Below, piece by piece: positions 50,415 through 64,000 of a stretch of DNA of 64,000 nt. The position numbers and the translations under genes are program-made. This DNA comes from Ylistrum balloti (Eukaryota). Numbering within the stretch: position 1 is the stretch's first letter; each line of letters starts with the position of its first letter. The notes below the pieces were generated by a model. It worked only from the letters and a program-made list of their open reading frames with translations, was not told the DNA's origin and ran no database searches. The stretch is taken from the NCBI RefSeq assembly GCF_031769215.1, contig NW_026781917.1, forward strand, positions 1,612,001 to 1,676,000, given 5' to 3'.

Positions 50415-50984
50415 ATGGCAGGTTACAGAACACAGGCGCTAGCTAACGCACCGCTTTGTGACGTCAAGAACACACCACGAAACGACACAAGCCAGCAACA
50501 ACAAAAATTAAAATACATCGCGGAACACAAATCCAAACTACAGGATGAAATCAAACAGCTAACTGAGAAGCTGAAAGAGAAGACTATAAATGAGAAGAAA
50601 TTACTGGAAGAAAACAAAGCTCTAAAGAGGAAAAGAGGTAAGCCCCAGCCAGTCCAACATCCCATGGACTTCATCAACGAAACGGAGGACCTCAAAAAGA
50701 CAAATCAAGAGTTGAAAGCGAAAGTGTCATACCTCTTACAGGAAAACGAGAACGTAGAAGCGCACAACGAGGAGTTGATGCGACGTATTTCTGATTTTAA
50801 AAGAGCGCTGTTACAGAATAACAAGTCAATTTCTCAGTTGAATTATTACTACCATGTAAATTGTGAGCAAAAACGTGAAATCGAACAGCTGAAATATGAA
50901 CTTCAGATGGAAAGAAGGAATAAACATCAGGTTTCAGGTGAAAAACCTACTGACCAGACAAGGAGAGAGTTAACGAATTCGTAA
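50415..50984 (+). CDS. Intronless 189-aa predicted coiled-coil protein, unknown function
   Basis: 570-nt open frame in AT-rich DNA, good start context (gctATGG), K/E/Q/L/N-rich heptad pattern; no family recognised. Confidence 0.6.
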   Translation: MAGYRTQALANAPLCDVKNTPRNDTSQQQQKLKYIAEHKSKLQDEIKQLTEKLKEKTINEKKLLEENKALKRKRGKPQPVQHPMDFINETEDLKKTNQELKAKVSYLLQENENVEAHNEELMRRISDFKRALLQNNKSISQLNYYYHVNCEQKREIEQLKYELQMERRNKHQVSGEKPTDQTRRELTNS

Positions 50985-51596
50985 CAGTGACCATTTCGTG
51001 TGTGCCTATTTCCGTCCTAACTTCTCAAACGATTTACGGTATATGATTTCCCCGTTGTCGGCCATTTTGGACCAAGTTTGATTTTTCAATATTTTTATGG
51101 ACATATACCTCAAATATTCAATTGTTTTCAATATTACAAACAAGTAATTGATAATCATAATTCGCATTACTTCAATTTAGTTTGCATGTAAATACCTTCT
51201 GTCCTTTGTAGTATATCCTCTTATGTTGTATATTGTAGCATTTGAGCTTGCTTTGTTTATGATAAGCTATTGAAAGCATAGTTAGCTTGAATACAAAACG
51301 AAATTAATCAAATCTTAATTTCATACAATCTCACAAGTAGGTTTAAGTCTGAAGCTGAACTAGGCCAGTTTGCTGAACCTACATGCAATGATTGAATTCG
51401 TTTGAATAATATCACAGTTAAGTTCATACACATGTACTTCTCTGAAATAATCAGATGTATTATATATATAGAGAGAATTAAGTTGTTGTATTATGGGAAT
51501 ATTGCTTCTCCTCGTCTAGATTTTAACATTTCTTTCAATCACTTAAGATTTTTTCAGTCGCCTCCTAGGTTTCCAAATTTAGGCCCTTGACATCCT

Positions 51597-51674
51597 TGAC
51601 GAGTCCTTGAAGGACGAAACAGCTGTATGATGTAACATCACTGACGAGTCCTTGAAGGACAGCTGTATAATGTA
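51597..51674 (+). repeat. About 1.6 inverted monomers of the 45-bp hammerhead satellite
   Basis: TGACGAGTCCTTGAAGGACGAAACAGCTGTATGATGTAACATCACTGACGAGTCCTTGAAGGACAGCTGTA. Confidence 0.9.
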
Positions 51675-53257
51675 GTATAATTAATATTTTGACTCTAGGG
51701 TATCTCATTCTATATTTGTATCAAAAGGTTTATTGCGGTCGTCATAGTGATCTCAAAGAGAAATATTCGATTTCTTTGTGCGACATGAAGCTGGACGTGT
51801 TTAATGTTCGTTGGTTTGCCTGTTGGTTCAATTGTTGTATACATTGTTTTCATCAGAGAACATGACATTTCTTACTAGGATTGACCAAAATGTACATGGC
51901 GTGTGTCGACGATGAAGCAGAAGGCGCTCACTCTTCCGGAGCAATTTCCCTTAGTACTTCTTCAGACTTATCCGTGTAAATCTGTCTATTGTCCTAATTT
52001 GATTGAATTTGAGTTCGGATTATTATTATTGACAGTTTGGTTTTCTTTTCTTTTTTCACTTGTGTCTCTTCTTTTGTACAATCTTTGTAAACAAATAATT
52101 ATGACATTATACCACACAAGCAATGTATCTTGACAAGATGCAGGCAACAGAAAATGGTTAAACATTTTACTTATGACATGGGAGAAGCTGAATTTTATCA
52201 GATTTATTGTTAAAGTAAGTAATAACAGTAGCACATTTATTATTTTTTTTGTCATAGTAAAAAGGATTTCATATATATGTCTGGTAAAGACTGAGTTAAA
52301 CAAAATATATCAAATGAAAAGGTGAATCTACCTTTTTCCCTGAACATATATTATTTCATTAACAGGTAAAATGTGGGGTTTTTTTCGTTTGTTTGTCGTC
52401 ATTTGAATTTAAATAGTGATAAAATGTTATCATTGGAGGTTCTAATTACACCACATGTATCCTTAACCACGTCTTTTGACCATATGAAATGTCGGCCGCG
52501 TCGTCGTCATCTTCAGCTGATTGGATTTTACTACTGATAATGGAAACTATCGGATGCAAAAGATCACGTGACATGCCATTTACTATTTAAATTCATTGAT
52601 AACTGGTGACAATATCGTTTAAAAATGTGTACAAAACTAGAAAACTGTCGATTACGGTTCCTAATTCTAAAAGGCCAAAAAATCTGTCTCAATATCGAGT
52701 AGTTGTGTACAAGTTACCAGGTGCTACTGATTTATAAATGACAATATCTTAGTGTTATCTATTTTTTGTATATTTCAGATAGTTCATTCCCTACTGATCA
52801 CATATTGACATCAGGAAATTGTTTATTATCTATCTCCTGTATTATGTGATATGCAATAAAATATTCCACCGAACAACATTGATTTTCTTCTTTATACATC
52901 TTCTTGTCATCTGTCAAGCTAATGTAACTAAACACTATCGATCCAACTGTAGTCACGTGTCTTCGAACTGCGCATGTCGAGTTCTCCTTTTGCAGTGGAT
53001 CTAGTTAGATTTCCTCTCTGGGATAAGTAAGTAATATCTATCAGAAATCCAAAATATGACCAGGACTCGTATTTTCACTGCAGTTCTGTTCAATATGTTG
53101 GCATTCCAAATACGACAGCTGCTTTAACTTCTTTCTAATAAGTTCCATACTCTTGCTTAATTAGAAACTTGACATTAGAATTGTCGTGACATTGACCTAT
53201 GACATCTTGTCCTCAGATTGATCTTAGATCTCGTTTTGCCATTGAACTAAGTGCTAA

Positions 53258-53759
53258 GACCTGCTGTCCTGATATTGACGTTGGAACTGTTGTCCTGGTA
53301 TTGACGTTGGACATGTTGCCCTGCTATTGACGTTGGACCTGTTTCCCTGCTAATGACGTTGGACCTGTTACCCTGATATTGAAGTTGGACCTGTTTCCCT
53401 GCTATTGACGTTGGACCTATTGCCCTGATATTGACGTTGGACCTGTTGCCCTACTATTGACGTTGGACCTGTTTCCCTGATATTGACGTTGGACCTGTTT
53501 CCCTGGTATTGACGTTGGATCTGTTGTCCTGCTGTTGACGTTGGACCTGTTTCCCTGCTAATAACGTTGGACCTGTTGTCCTGCTATTGACGTTGGACCT
53601 GTTGTCCTGCTATTGACGTTGGACCTGTTTCCCTGCTTATTACGTTGGACCTGTTGTCCTGCTATTGACGTTGGACCTGTTGTCCTGGTATTTAACTTGG
53701 ACCTGTTGCCCTGCTATTGACCTTGAACCTGCTGTCATGCTGATGACCGTGGATCTGTT
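53258..53759. repeat. 26-bp tandem minisatellite (GACGTTGGACCTGTTKYCCTGCTATT), about 19 units
   Basis: Read directly. Confidence 0.95.
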
Positions 53760-55180
53760 AATCTGACATTTGCCTTGTGCCTTTTTTTCTGATAATAATT
53801 TTAGAACCCTTGTTCTAACTTGTCCTTTAAGTAAAGATAAGATTTGGAGACAAATGTTGACAACTAACCGTGAATTAAAACAACTGATTCACAAACCATG
53901 ACCGGTATTGACACCAGCATTAAACTAAATGAAAGTTAGTGTGATCAACGGAGAGTCATTTGATATAACGACCACGAAAAGAGGTACAATGGTGCCCAAG
54001 CATGAAAATTTAAAAACTGAGGTTATTACGAAAACCCATGGTTGGAAATCCTGTTGGATTCCAAAAATAAAAACCGACCCGAGCATCCTGGAGGAAATGC
54101 TGTGTTTAAATGAAGTCAGAATTTCATTTGTCAAAAGCAGAAGTTCGTCTTTAAAATTCTGTCTAATTATCCACAGAAACATCAAAAGTTTACGCTGAAC
54201 TTGGAAATGAACCAACAATCAATATAATTTAAGTTTACACGGTTTCTTGATACAAAGCTGTGCGCTACTGAATGGTACCTGAACAGTTAGATTATTTCCA
54301 AAACACTAAATTGCTGCTTTTAAGAAATTTTGAGCAAAGTATTATTCTAAAGCCTTGCCAAGTAATCCCTATCGTGATGTGGCGAGTATATCTGGTTTGT
54401 GTAAAAAGAAACCCCGACTGATACTTTCGACATTTAACATCCGATATAATCTCTGAAGCCAACCGATTGAAATAACGAACCGTCCGGGTTTTCTGACATT
54501 TGATAAAATTAAACCTGTTGATGGATGTACGTCGGTAAACAATGTCGACCATAAAAATAAAAACAAAGAATACGCTCAACATTTGGTTAATTTATTATAC
54601 AAAAACAACAATTCAAAATGTCTTCTGCATAGACATACTGGCTACAATGGTGCAAAAGTATTAAAGAGCGAAGAACGTGCACTCTCTCACTTACAAACAT
54701 TTAAACATAGTTTGGTAAATCTAGTTACCGAAAATGGGTTCATATTGAATCTAAATACATTGAACTCACTCCAACCAACATCCCCCAACATCTATCGGTC
54801 ACCTGGTGCTTGTCCCTAACATCTGCATGCTATTATTCTATCGACCAATTATTTTACCACGCGAGCAATTGCCGCCATAGTATAGGCCTGAATCGTCGTT
54901 ATCAGCATATCGCACTTTAAGACAAATAATGCTGCAGATTCTCAGTGATTCTCAGACATAATGTTTAAAGAATAGAGAGTACTACATAGCAAAGAAAACA
55001 GTAGTGAATGAAAACGATATGCATTTATCAGCACATGCAGGCTTTTGATACGGAGGAATAATTTAGTATTAGTATTGTAATTACAGGTATAGTGTTCCTG
55101 ATAGCATCCTGTTATCATAGTAAATTCTGGTATAGTGTTTCAATACATGGCATTTTGACTGGTAACTTATATTTGATCTG

Positions 55181-55480
55181 AACAAGAGGCTCAAAGGGTC
55201 TGTAAGGCTCACCTATTCTGCAGTTTATATATTGACAACATAATTGGGCGAATAGATTTTAGTAACATTCGCGTTCATACGAAACATTATAACCCTTCTT
55301 TAGAGTAAATGTTGTTGGCCATGCAGCATGCTGGGATGAAGGGCTACCACGTTTAAATGAATGACCTACATTCACTATCAAGGCAACAGCTGTCAAATCT
55401 TCACACGACTTCTCAATAACAAAGAGACACAGGGTACAGATTGTTATCAGGCCTGTAGCATTCTGGACTAAAGGATTACC
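55181..55480 (+). mobile_element. Degenerate HINE-like element (right boundary uncertain)
   Basis: Starts AACAAGAGGCTCAAAGGG...GCTCACCT, the same 5' module as the element at 27116-27597. Confidence 0.5.
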
Positions 55481-57073
55481 AAGATATTTCAATCCCTAAT
55501 ATCACTTCCTCTTGGTTATAGGGAAGTCACTTCATGCAAACCATCATAAACTAGAAATTATTTTCACAAATGAAAAGATGGCCTTACATATAGGATCTAT
55601 AAAATCATTTATGCGAAGATTCAACAAAGTAACACTGTTTTTAACTCAATTACATGCTCCCGAAGACAATTAATCTTTACCAATTGCTGACAGATGGTCT
55701 TAACTGATATTCTGTAATAGGCCTGTTGAAATTCAACATTAGTTCCTATCATATTTACTCAATTGAATTAATAATTAAATGAAGATCCAATACCAGGAAC
55801 AGAACAACAACTGGATAATTGTAGATATGTCATCAATCTTATAAACACTAAGGTTATGATTAACTAATTTTCCCCATGACAATGTTAATATTAATTCCGA
55901 TAAATTTATCCCTAAAACAAATGCACCTACCAACACAGCATCTGGGTATGTAAGCAGTAGGCAGTCGTTAGTAAGAAGGGCCCAGGAATATAAGCATGCA
56001 GGAACAATGTCTGGTATGGTCTGTTTCATAGCTGTGTGTGATTACAATAGTCTGTGGGTAGTAGCCATTACTCTAAACCTTTCTCCTATACAATTAAGCC
56101 AAAATGTCTACATAAATTATAACCTAAAAAATCCATAATAATTTATACAAAAGACTTGATAATGGATAGCACCTTTCAGCGCAACTGTAGAATTGGGGAC
56201 AGGAGAGCCAAATAAGTTAACTGCATCATCAAAACCTAGGAGCTATTTGAGTAAAACAAAATAGAATGGAAAATTCCAGATAGGTAAGTGTATATTCCCT
56301 GTAATTCCGTGAAGTTCGTATTTTTTATTTATATTACAATATCATGAGAATGTCGACTACATGTTTATATTCTGACCTTGACACTATTTGAATGTTTTTT
56401 GAAAAAAAAAAAAAAAAAACTATCAAATATGAAAATCCACAACTTCAACATGCAAGGACTTCGAAAGTAAAAATGACAAGAAGGCCCAAAATGGTAACAA
56501 ACAGTACTCAGATATCAAATCTGGCCAACTTACATAAGTGAATTCTTCAGCTTTATTCAAACAATGCTAATACCGATCTTTGTGTTTTAGTCATAGCAGA
56601 ATAAACACGCTACTCTCAAACTGACAAGTCAATGAAGACATGCAAATTGCCAAATAAATATGTGTTCTTAATTGAGGTCAAGTCATAATTCCCAAATAAA
56701 AAATGTTGTTATATAATTACTAGCAACAGGCCGCAAGGTTTTTCACATTCAAAAACACATTTTATCCATTTTCCTACTGACAAAAACAGATGGTTAGAAA
56801 TTCTACAAATATTTTTGCTTTTATGTTTCATCAATGGGAAAATCTGATACACAAACAATAGATTCTTAAAGGTACTATGAGATATTTCTCTACGTGAGAA
56901 TATTGCGTATTTACTGTTGTATACATGACAAGGGTTATAGGAGAGAAAACGGTTCTAGGTTTCCATGGTAACCATGTAAAGTGTCTGTGAACACATCATC
57001 AAGTATATCCACACTAATCAAAACACGATTACCCCTGGTAATTATGTTTACATGGTTGTGTTCAGTCTCAGAC

Positions 57074-59176
57074 AAATGCTTTCTCTCCACAGTCAATATG
57101 TTACCTCTCCACAGTCAACATGTTACCTCTCCACAGTCACCTCTCCACAGTCAATATGTTACCCCTCCACAGTCAATATGTTACCTCAATGTTACCTCTC
57201 CACAGTCAATACGTTACCCCTCCACAGTCAATACGTTACCTCTCCACAGTTAATACGTTACCCCTCCACAGTCAATACGTTACCTCTCCACAGTCAATGT
57301 GTTACCCCTCCACAGTCAATATGTTACCTCTCCACAGTCAATATGTTACCCCTCCACAGTCAATATGTTACCTCAATATGTTACCTCTCCACAGTCAATA
57401 TGTTACCTCTCCACAGTCAATATGTTACCTCAATATGTTACCCCTCCACAGTCAATATGTTACCTCTCCACAGTCAATATGATACCTCTCCACAGTCACC
57501 CCTCCACAGTCAATACGTTACCCCTCCACAGTCAACATGTTACCTCAATATGTTACCCCACCACAGTCAATATGTTACCTCTCCACAGTCAATACGTTAC
57601 CTCTCCACAGTCAATATGTTACCTCTCCACAGTCAATATGTTACCCCACCAGTCAATATGTTACCTCTCCACAGTCAATATGTTACCCCACCATAGTCAA
57701 TATGTTACCTCTCCACAGTCAATATGTTACCTCTCCACAGTTAATACGTTACCCCTCCACAGTCAATATGTTACCCCTCCACAGTCAATATGTTACCTCT
57801 CCACAGTCAATATGTTACCCCTCCACAGTCAATATGTTACCTCTCCACAGTTAATACGTTACCTCTCCACAGTCAATATGTTACCCCTCCACAGTCAATA
57901 TGTTACCTCTCCACAGTCAATATGTCACCCCTCCACAGTCAATACGTTACCTCTCCACAGTCAATATGTTACCTCAATATGTTACCTCTCCACAGTCAAT
58001 ATGTTACCCCTCCACAGTCAATATGTTACCCTCCACAGTCAATATGTTACCCCTCCACAGTCAATATGTTACCCCTCCACAGTCAATACGTTACCTCTCC
58101 ACAGTCAATATGTTACCCCTCCACAGTCAATACGTTACCCCTCCACAGACAATATGTTACCTCTCCACAGTTAATACGTTACCTCTCCACAGTCACCTCT
58201 CCACAGTCAATATGTTACCCTCCACAGTCAATATGTTACCTCTCCACAGTCAATTCGTTACCCCTCCACAGTCAATACGTTACCCCTCCACAGTCAATAC
58301 GTTACCTCTCCACAGTCAATATGTTACCTCTCCACAGTTAATACGTTACCCCTCCACAGTCAATACGTTACCTCTCCACAGTCAATATGTCACCTCTCCA
58401 CAGTCAATATGTTACCTCAATATGTTACCTCTCCACAGTCAATATGTTACCTCTCCACAGTCAATATGTCACCTCTCCACAGTCAATACGTTACCTCTCC
58501 ACAGTCAATATGTTACCTCAATATGTTACCTCTCCACAGTCAATATGTTACCTCTCCACAGTTAATACGTTACCTCTCCACAGTCAATATGTTACCTCTC
58601 CACAGTCAATATGTTACCCCTCCACAGTCAATATGTTACCCCTCCACAGTAAATACGTTACCTCTCCACAGTAAATACGTTACCTCTCCACAGTCAATAT
58701 GTTACCTCTCCACAGTCACCTCTCCACAGTCAATATGTTACCTCTCCACAGTCAATATGTTACCTCTCCACAGTCAATATGTTACCTCAATATGTTACCC
58801 CACCATAGTCAATATGTTACCCCTCCACAGTCAATATGTTACCTCAATATGTTACCCCACCACAGTCAATATGTTACCCCTCCACAGTCAATATGTTACT
58901 CCTCCACAGTCAATATGTTACCTCAATATGTTACCCCACCACAGTCAATATGTTACCTCTCCACAGTCAATGTTACCTCTCCACAGTCAATATGTTACCT
59001 CAATATATTACCCCTCCACAGTCAATATGTTACCTCAATATGTTACCCCACCACAGTCAATATATTTCCTCTCCACAGTCAATACGTTACCCCTCCAGTC
59101 AATACGTTACCCCTCCACAGTCAATACGTTACCTCTCCACAGTCAAGACGTTACTTTTCCACAGTCAATATGTTAC
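57074..59176. repeat. 22-bp tandem satellite (CCTCTCCACAGTCAATATGTTA) with recurrent short deletion variants, about 95 units
   Basis: Read directly; accounts for all ORFs in the 57-59 kb track. Confidence 0.97.
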
Positions 59177-62100
59177 TATCTACGTCCACTAGACCTGCAG
59201 TTTTTGTGATGTAGCCTTGACATTCCTAGCCCATCTGACATTTTTTCATTTTACATTTCAGTTTTCTATAAAATTGTTTCTTGTTTTTCTTCTAAGTATC
59301 AACCAAGAAGGAACAGTTTCTGCAAATATTGAATTACAGGCTTCATGCTGTTGCCTTCACTTCAAATCACATGTACAATAACAATGGAAAGCAACACTAG
59401 TGCCATTTTGTGTGTGTATTATTCTTACATCAAAACGGGATCAAATATATAGATTTTATTCCTATTTTAACCTCCTGATGTGCTTAAAGGCCTCAGAAAT
59501 ATAAAGAAATTTCGTCAGATTCATTGAAACATTTTCTCACACATATGAAAGTATTACACCTTTGTACGATGATGATCCATTAAATATATGGTGCCAGAGA
59601 CAGAAACAAAAAACCACTGAAGAACCACCACCATATCTGATGCTATACAATGTTAGGTAATAGTAAGTGAACAGAGAATCTTACACAGGTTTTCGTTCCA
59701 GATGGGATTTCAAAAACAATAATGACATTTGTCTTTAATTTTACCAAGCTTTCAATAAACCCATAATACCCAAAACGTGTTCCAAAAACCCCAAACCTCC
59801 ATGTTTATTTGCAATCAACTCTGTAAATACAATGTAATACCCAAAGAACCATAAAGAAGTATATAAAACGTTAACCAGAAACCCGTGAGGTTGCAAAGCT
59901 GGTGAGTAATCTAGACTACATCTTGGGATCAAAGATTTTCAAAAGGTTCTGCACGTTTTATCGAGATAGCGCCACCTAGGAGCAGACCTGAAAGGGGATG
60001 TTAAATGACTTTAAATCAGAATCTCTAGTATTCCAGCTACTTACATGTTCTCAGCCTTGTCAAGTAATCAGTCTTATGATCAGGCACAGAGCAAGTCTGA
60101 TAAGTGTAATGCATATACACTGGACTTTTGTATGGAGGCAAAGACCAAGGAGTCAGATGTACTAAACGTGCATGTAAGAATGGTTAGGTTTGTAACAATG
60201 TTACAATAAATATGTTTGGCATTGTGTTTTTAATAATTTTTTAAAAATGAAGAAAATCTAAGAGAATTTTCATTCGTTTGCAACTTTCAGTATAGATTTA
60301 AAATAATTTACTACGGCCTCAGTTCTTGCTTGAAAGTTACCAAGACGAAGACAAAGACGTTCCAGCAGATCTTTTGTATTATAACTTGCAGATAACATAA
60401 CATTGATTTAAGTTTGTTTAAGCGTGAAAGAGAACGGTTTGTGGACTTGAATATTTTTTACTAGAGAGAACAAGTAAACAATAAAAATGAACCAGGCATT
60501 ATTTTTTAACCTTCTGATAAACACTTTTCTGAGCAGGACATTGTACGATATTTGTCTTTCCAGGTGCTGTTGATATTAAAACAAGGAGGACTGATATTTC
60601 CTGGATGGCAATACTGGGACCTCGCAGTAGGAGTATATAGTGGTTGGTTGTAATGGAAATCAGCAATGTTTATCTGGTCTTCATTTAAATGTAATTCTTT
60701 CTTAATGCATTGATATACTTACTACTGCCCTACGGGAGGGAGATTTCATTATAGACAAAATTCTCAAAGTATATACATTGTTGCTATCTTTAAACATATT
60801 CCATCTGGATCATATTAGCTTAACTCAAAACCTTTATACAATGTATTTCTTTGAACAATTTATGTTTCGTTCTAGTTTTTTGCTTGATAAAGAGTTTTAA
60901 ATGAAATACAATTTCAATAAAAACATGATAGCAAGGAGCAGATAAATAAATAAGATTAGGTAATAAAAACCACAGACAGTGGAAGCTTTCAACGTCAGGC
61001 GTTCTAATAGTCTTCTGAAAACTCCAACCATATTAGTTTATAAAAACGGTGAATGAAAAAGTAAAATGCTACTTCAGTATGGACTTCCTATTAAACAGGA
61101 AATTAGTAATGACTTAAGAATTACATTAATTCCCCCATTTAATCAGTGTATGTGGATGTATTTAATGAGTGAACTCTTGGAACTCAATTAATATTCATAA
61201 CTTTTCAACAAATCTACCACTGCTTTCTACTTATATAAATATGTTCTGCCACAATAAAGCAATTTTGATAAAGTTCCATCACATAGTATATCATAATTGT
61301 ATCAACCTATTTTTATATCAAAACAAAAAAATACATTTAAGTCCTTTTCATTTTAAAAAAACAGTATAAATCTGTATAATTTCATAATCAATTTTCCAAA
61401 ATCATCAGCACATACACCAACGCCATGATAGGACATGAATATCAAAACTATATTTCTTACAATTAATGGTTCATCAACTCTGCTCTCTTTAGTTGCATTC
61501 AATATATAAAGATACACAGAATATCAACACAGACTCAATCATTCGGAATCACATCATCTGTAAAACTGCTGCATATTAATTTGTTACCATTCATGCCATG
61601 TACAATACTAATAAATATTATTCAAACTATTTTCAGTTCGGACCTTTGCAAATAGAAACCGAAAAACTCTCTACGTTTTTTTCTCTCTCTCATTTTTTTT
61701 TTCATTTTTCAGCGCAATTCAAGGGAGGACATTATGAAACATTACCAATATTTTTACACAGAAACGAATAAGAAAAGTATTGGACAATTTGTCACAAATG
61801 GAAAAAAGTTTGATAAAGGTGCCAGTCATTCACACAGAGCATAATATTTGAATCTAGAATACCTCTGTTAACTATTACAACATACCAAGTACTTCAATAG
61901 CATATTGCTTTCAAAAATTCATTATCATTTGTTCTTGTTCAGCTTCACTGTTGAACAGTTATGACCAATACAATGAGACACAATATCACATGATTTATAG
62001 TTCTAGATTTTACAGGCAGGCTGGACACTGTGATCAATACACTAAGTAGTCAAGGTTCTCTACCAGTCAGGCCACCACCTACTCTATCAAGATCATTTGT

Positions 62101-64000
62101 ACCTGTACATTGATTTCCTCTTGTGATTGGAGCCTTGTTTATAGTGATAGTGATGTCATTACAGGAACATTATGATGATGCAGAAAACCAATTACAAATC
62201 ACTAAGTATCTTATTATATATCTAAAACAGGTTTTTTTTTGTCTTATATTATTGAACTTCAAGATTAACATCCTGTTTTTCCTGTCCATACTGTGCAATT
62301 CCATAAAAAAAAATCCACACAAAAATTCCAGTGATATTTAAACATTAAATCTTTTTTATGAATTCAGGTTATTGGCAATATGAAGGCACACTGCATTTCA
62401 GGAAAAACAGCATGATTTTTTTCATAAAAACTTCTTCTCATGATGTAATGATCAAATCATAACCACCTGTCATTTGAGGTAACCTCTGACAACATGTCAC
62501 CTCCAGACATCAGAACTATATTTACATTTTTCATGACGATGTCCCATTAACTCACCTTTAATCCAGATTGTATTCACAGGAGTATAGATGCAATCTGGAC
62601 CAAAGGACAATTAGATGACATCATTTTCCTGCCATTCTGACTGACATTACACCAATGCTTTGCATGTTGCCTCAGATAACATATATTATAGCTTTACGTT
62701 AATCATTTAGCTGATTGTGATTTTAAAAAAACTTTCAAAGCATGCAAACATACAGCAAAAAAAAAAAAATCTAAATCGAAAAAAAAAAAAAAAAAAATGT
62801 TTTAAATAATATCTGATTCTTAAATATAACCATTGAATGTCTGTCAGATTGTATTTATTGTCACTATGAATGCAATATGGGCGACAGATAAAGAAAATGA
62901 TGTATGTTTGATGACGTCAGTTTTGATTACCAGTAACATAATCTTCTTATGCAGAATACTTTAAAAGCCTCCCAAATCTATCTTCAGGTTTATTTTCTAT
63001 AGAAAACTCAGAAACATCAAACATAGCACATCTACATAAACTATTTTTACAACATAAACTATCTCTTATCTGCTGTAATACAGATCTGTGAAATTGCACA
63101 TCTATTGCCCATAGGAGGTCCAATTACAGACTAACTATTAGTCTATATGAATTCTCCACAGAAAGCAGCAAAGAATGGTTCTCGAGTTTGACTAATACTG
63201 CTTCCTGAACAAGTGCACAAACACAATCTGAAATACTGGATGTTCTTTATGAGATCACATATAATCATGCTGTTGCTTCATCATGCTCATTGGCAAATTC
63301 TTGAAAAAGAAATAAAAAATAATAAAAATAAAGTGTTGTTTTAGGATTACAAATTTAAAGCAAACCATGCCATGCAACTCTAAGTAGCTAGAACTAACAT
63401 TTATGATACAATAAACCGACTATCAGTAAAGAAAATAAAAAAAATTGACCTACCAAACGCAGGTCTTCATTACATTTATATCAGGATAAATATTATGATA
63501 TTTTGCAGTATAGCACCAAACCTTGGCAGCATAACAATATATCTGGAAACTACTGTATCAAATGTAGATAGAAAATGATCAATAGATCATACTAAGATAT
63601 AATATTAAAAAAGGGCCATATGAATGTTAAATATTTACTAAGACCAATAAACTTGTGAATATGTCTTGACTCTGTGACTTAAAATTGTTCTGTTTCTAAA
63701 AATACACTAAGTGATAGGTGATTGATGTAGCACTTTCTTACCTCTCAGTACCTTCAAACCTTTTCTAAAAATTGATTCTGTATTTCACATACATGGCAAA
63801 AGCATATTTTACCCATACCTACACCTATTTCTTAGCTAAGGTCTTGATTTTATAAGAATAACTCTCATTCCACACTGACTCAAGTTGGTAGCCTCCAAAG
63901 ACCTTTCTGAAATCTGAGTGGGGTCTAAGTTCTGATGCCTGTTCCTTCCATTCTAGAATTGGCCCCATTGAATTATACGATGTAAACAAGTACATCAAAA

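Noticed and set aside
53258-53759. Hammerhead motifs in the other arrays (GAAAC-AG-GUC in the 26-mer; UUGAUGA or UUGACGA in the 28- and 29-mers)
   Set aside because: Only one half of the core is on a given strand, and no helix II is present.
57052-59214. Many overlapping 95-291 aa ORFs
   Set aside because: Translations of the 22-bp satellite in all frames.
63825-64000. Open - strand frame at the window edge (EWKEQASELRPHSDFRKVFGGYQLESVW...)
   Set aside because: About 58 codons, truncated context, no recognisable family and no linked exons.

Overview
This is AT-rich animal genomic DNA with spliceosomal introns, most likely a bivalve mollusc (inferred from HINE/Helentron-type repeats and a V-type SINE), not a prokaryote. 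(1) A six-exon otopetrin (proton channel) gene on the + strand: 14251-14468, 23557-23677, 23856-24198, 24588-24748, 34583-34751, 35074-35975. All junctions are GT-AG and phase-consistent; 1914 nt, 637 aa. It has Ile where the family conserves a TM6 Glu. (2) The 3' part of an unknown coiled-coil gene on the - strand (four phase-consistent exons, 2292 to 1027) with an unresolved 5' structure. (3) An intronless 189-aa coiled-coil ORF at 50415-50984. (4) Nine tandem-repeat arrays plus SINE, MITE and HINE-like relics. Main discovery: the 45-bp satellite at about 40764-43226, read on the - strand, is a back-to-back array of roughly 54 hammerhead-ribozyme motifs (UGAUG-UAA-CAUCA CUGAC[A/G]A GUCC-UAGAA-GGAC GAAA CAGCUGUA). 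Each monomer is only the ribozyme. Most copies carry an uncompensated G8A core change and three have an intact core. Inverted dispersed copies and an unrelated Penelope-type hammerhead relic lie elsewhere in the window. All analysis was done by eye; no searches or folding programs were run.
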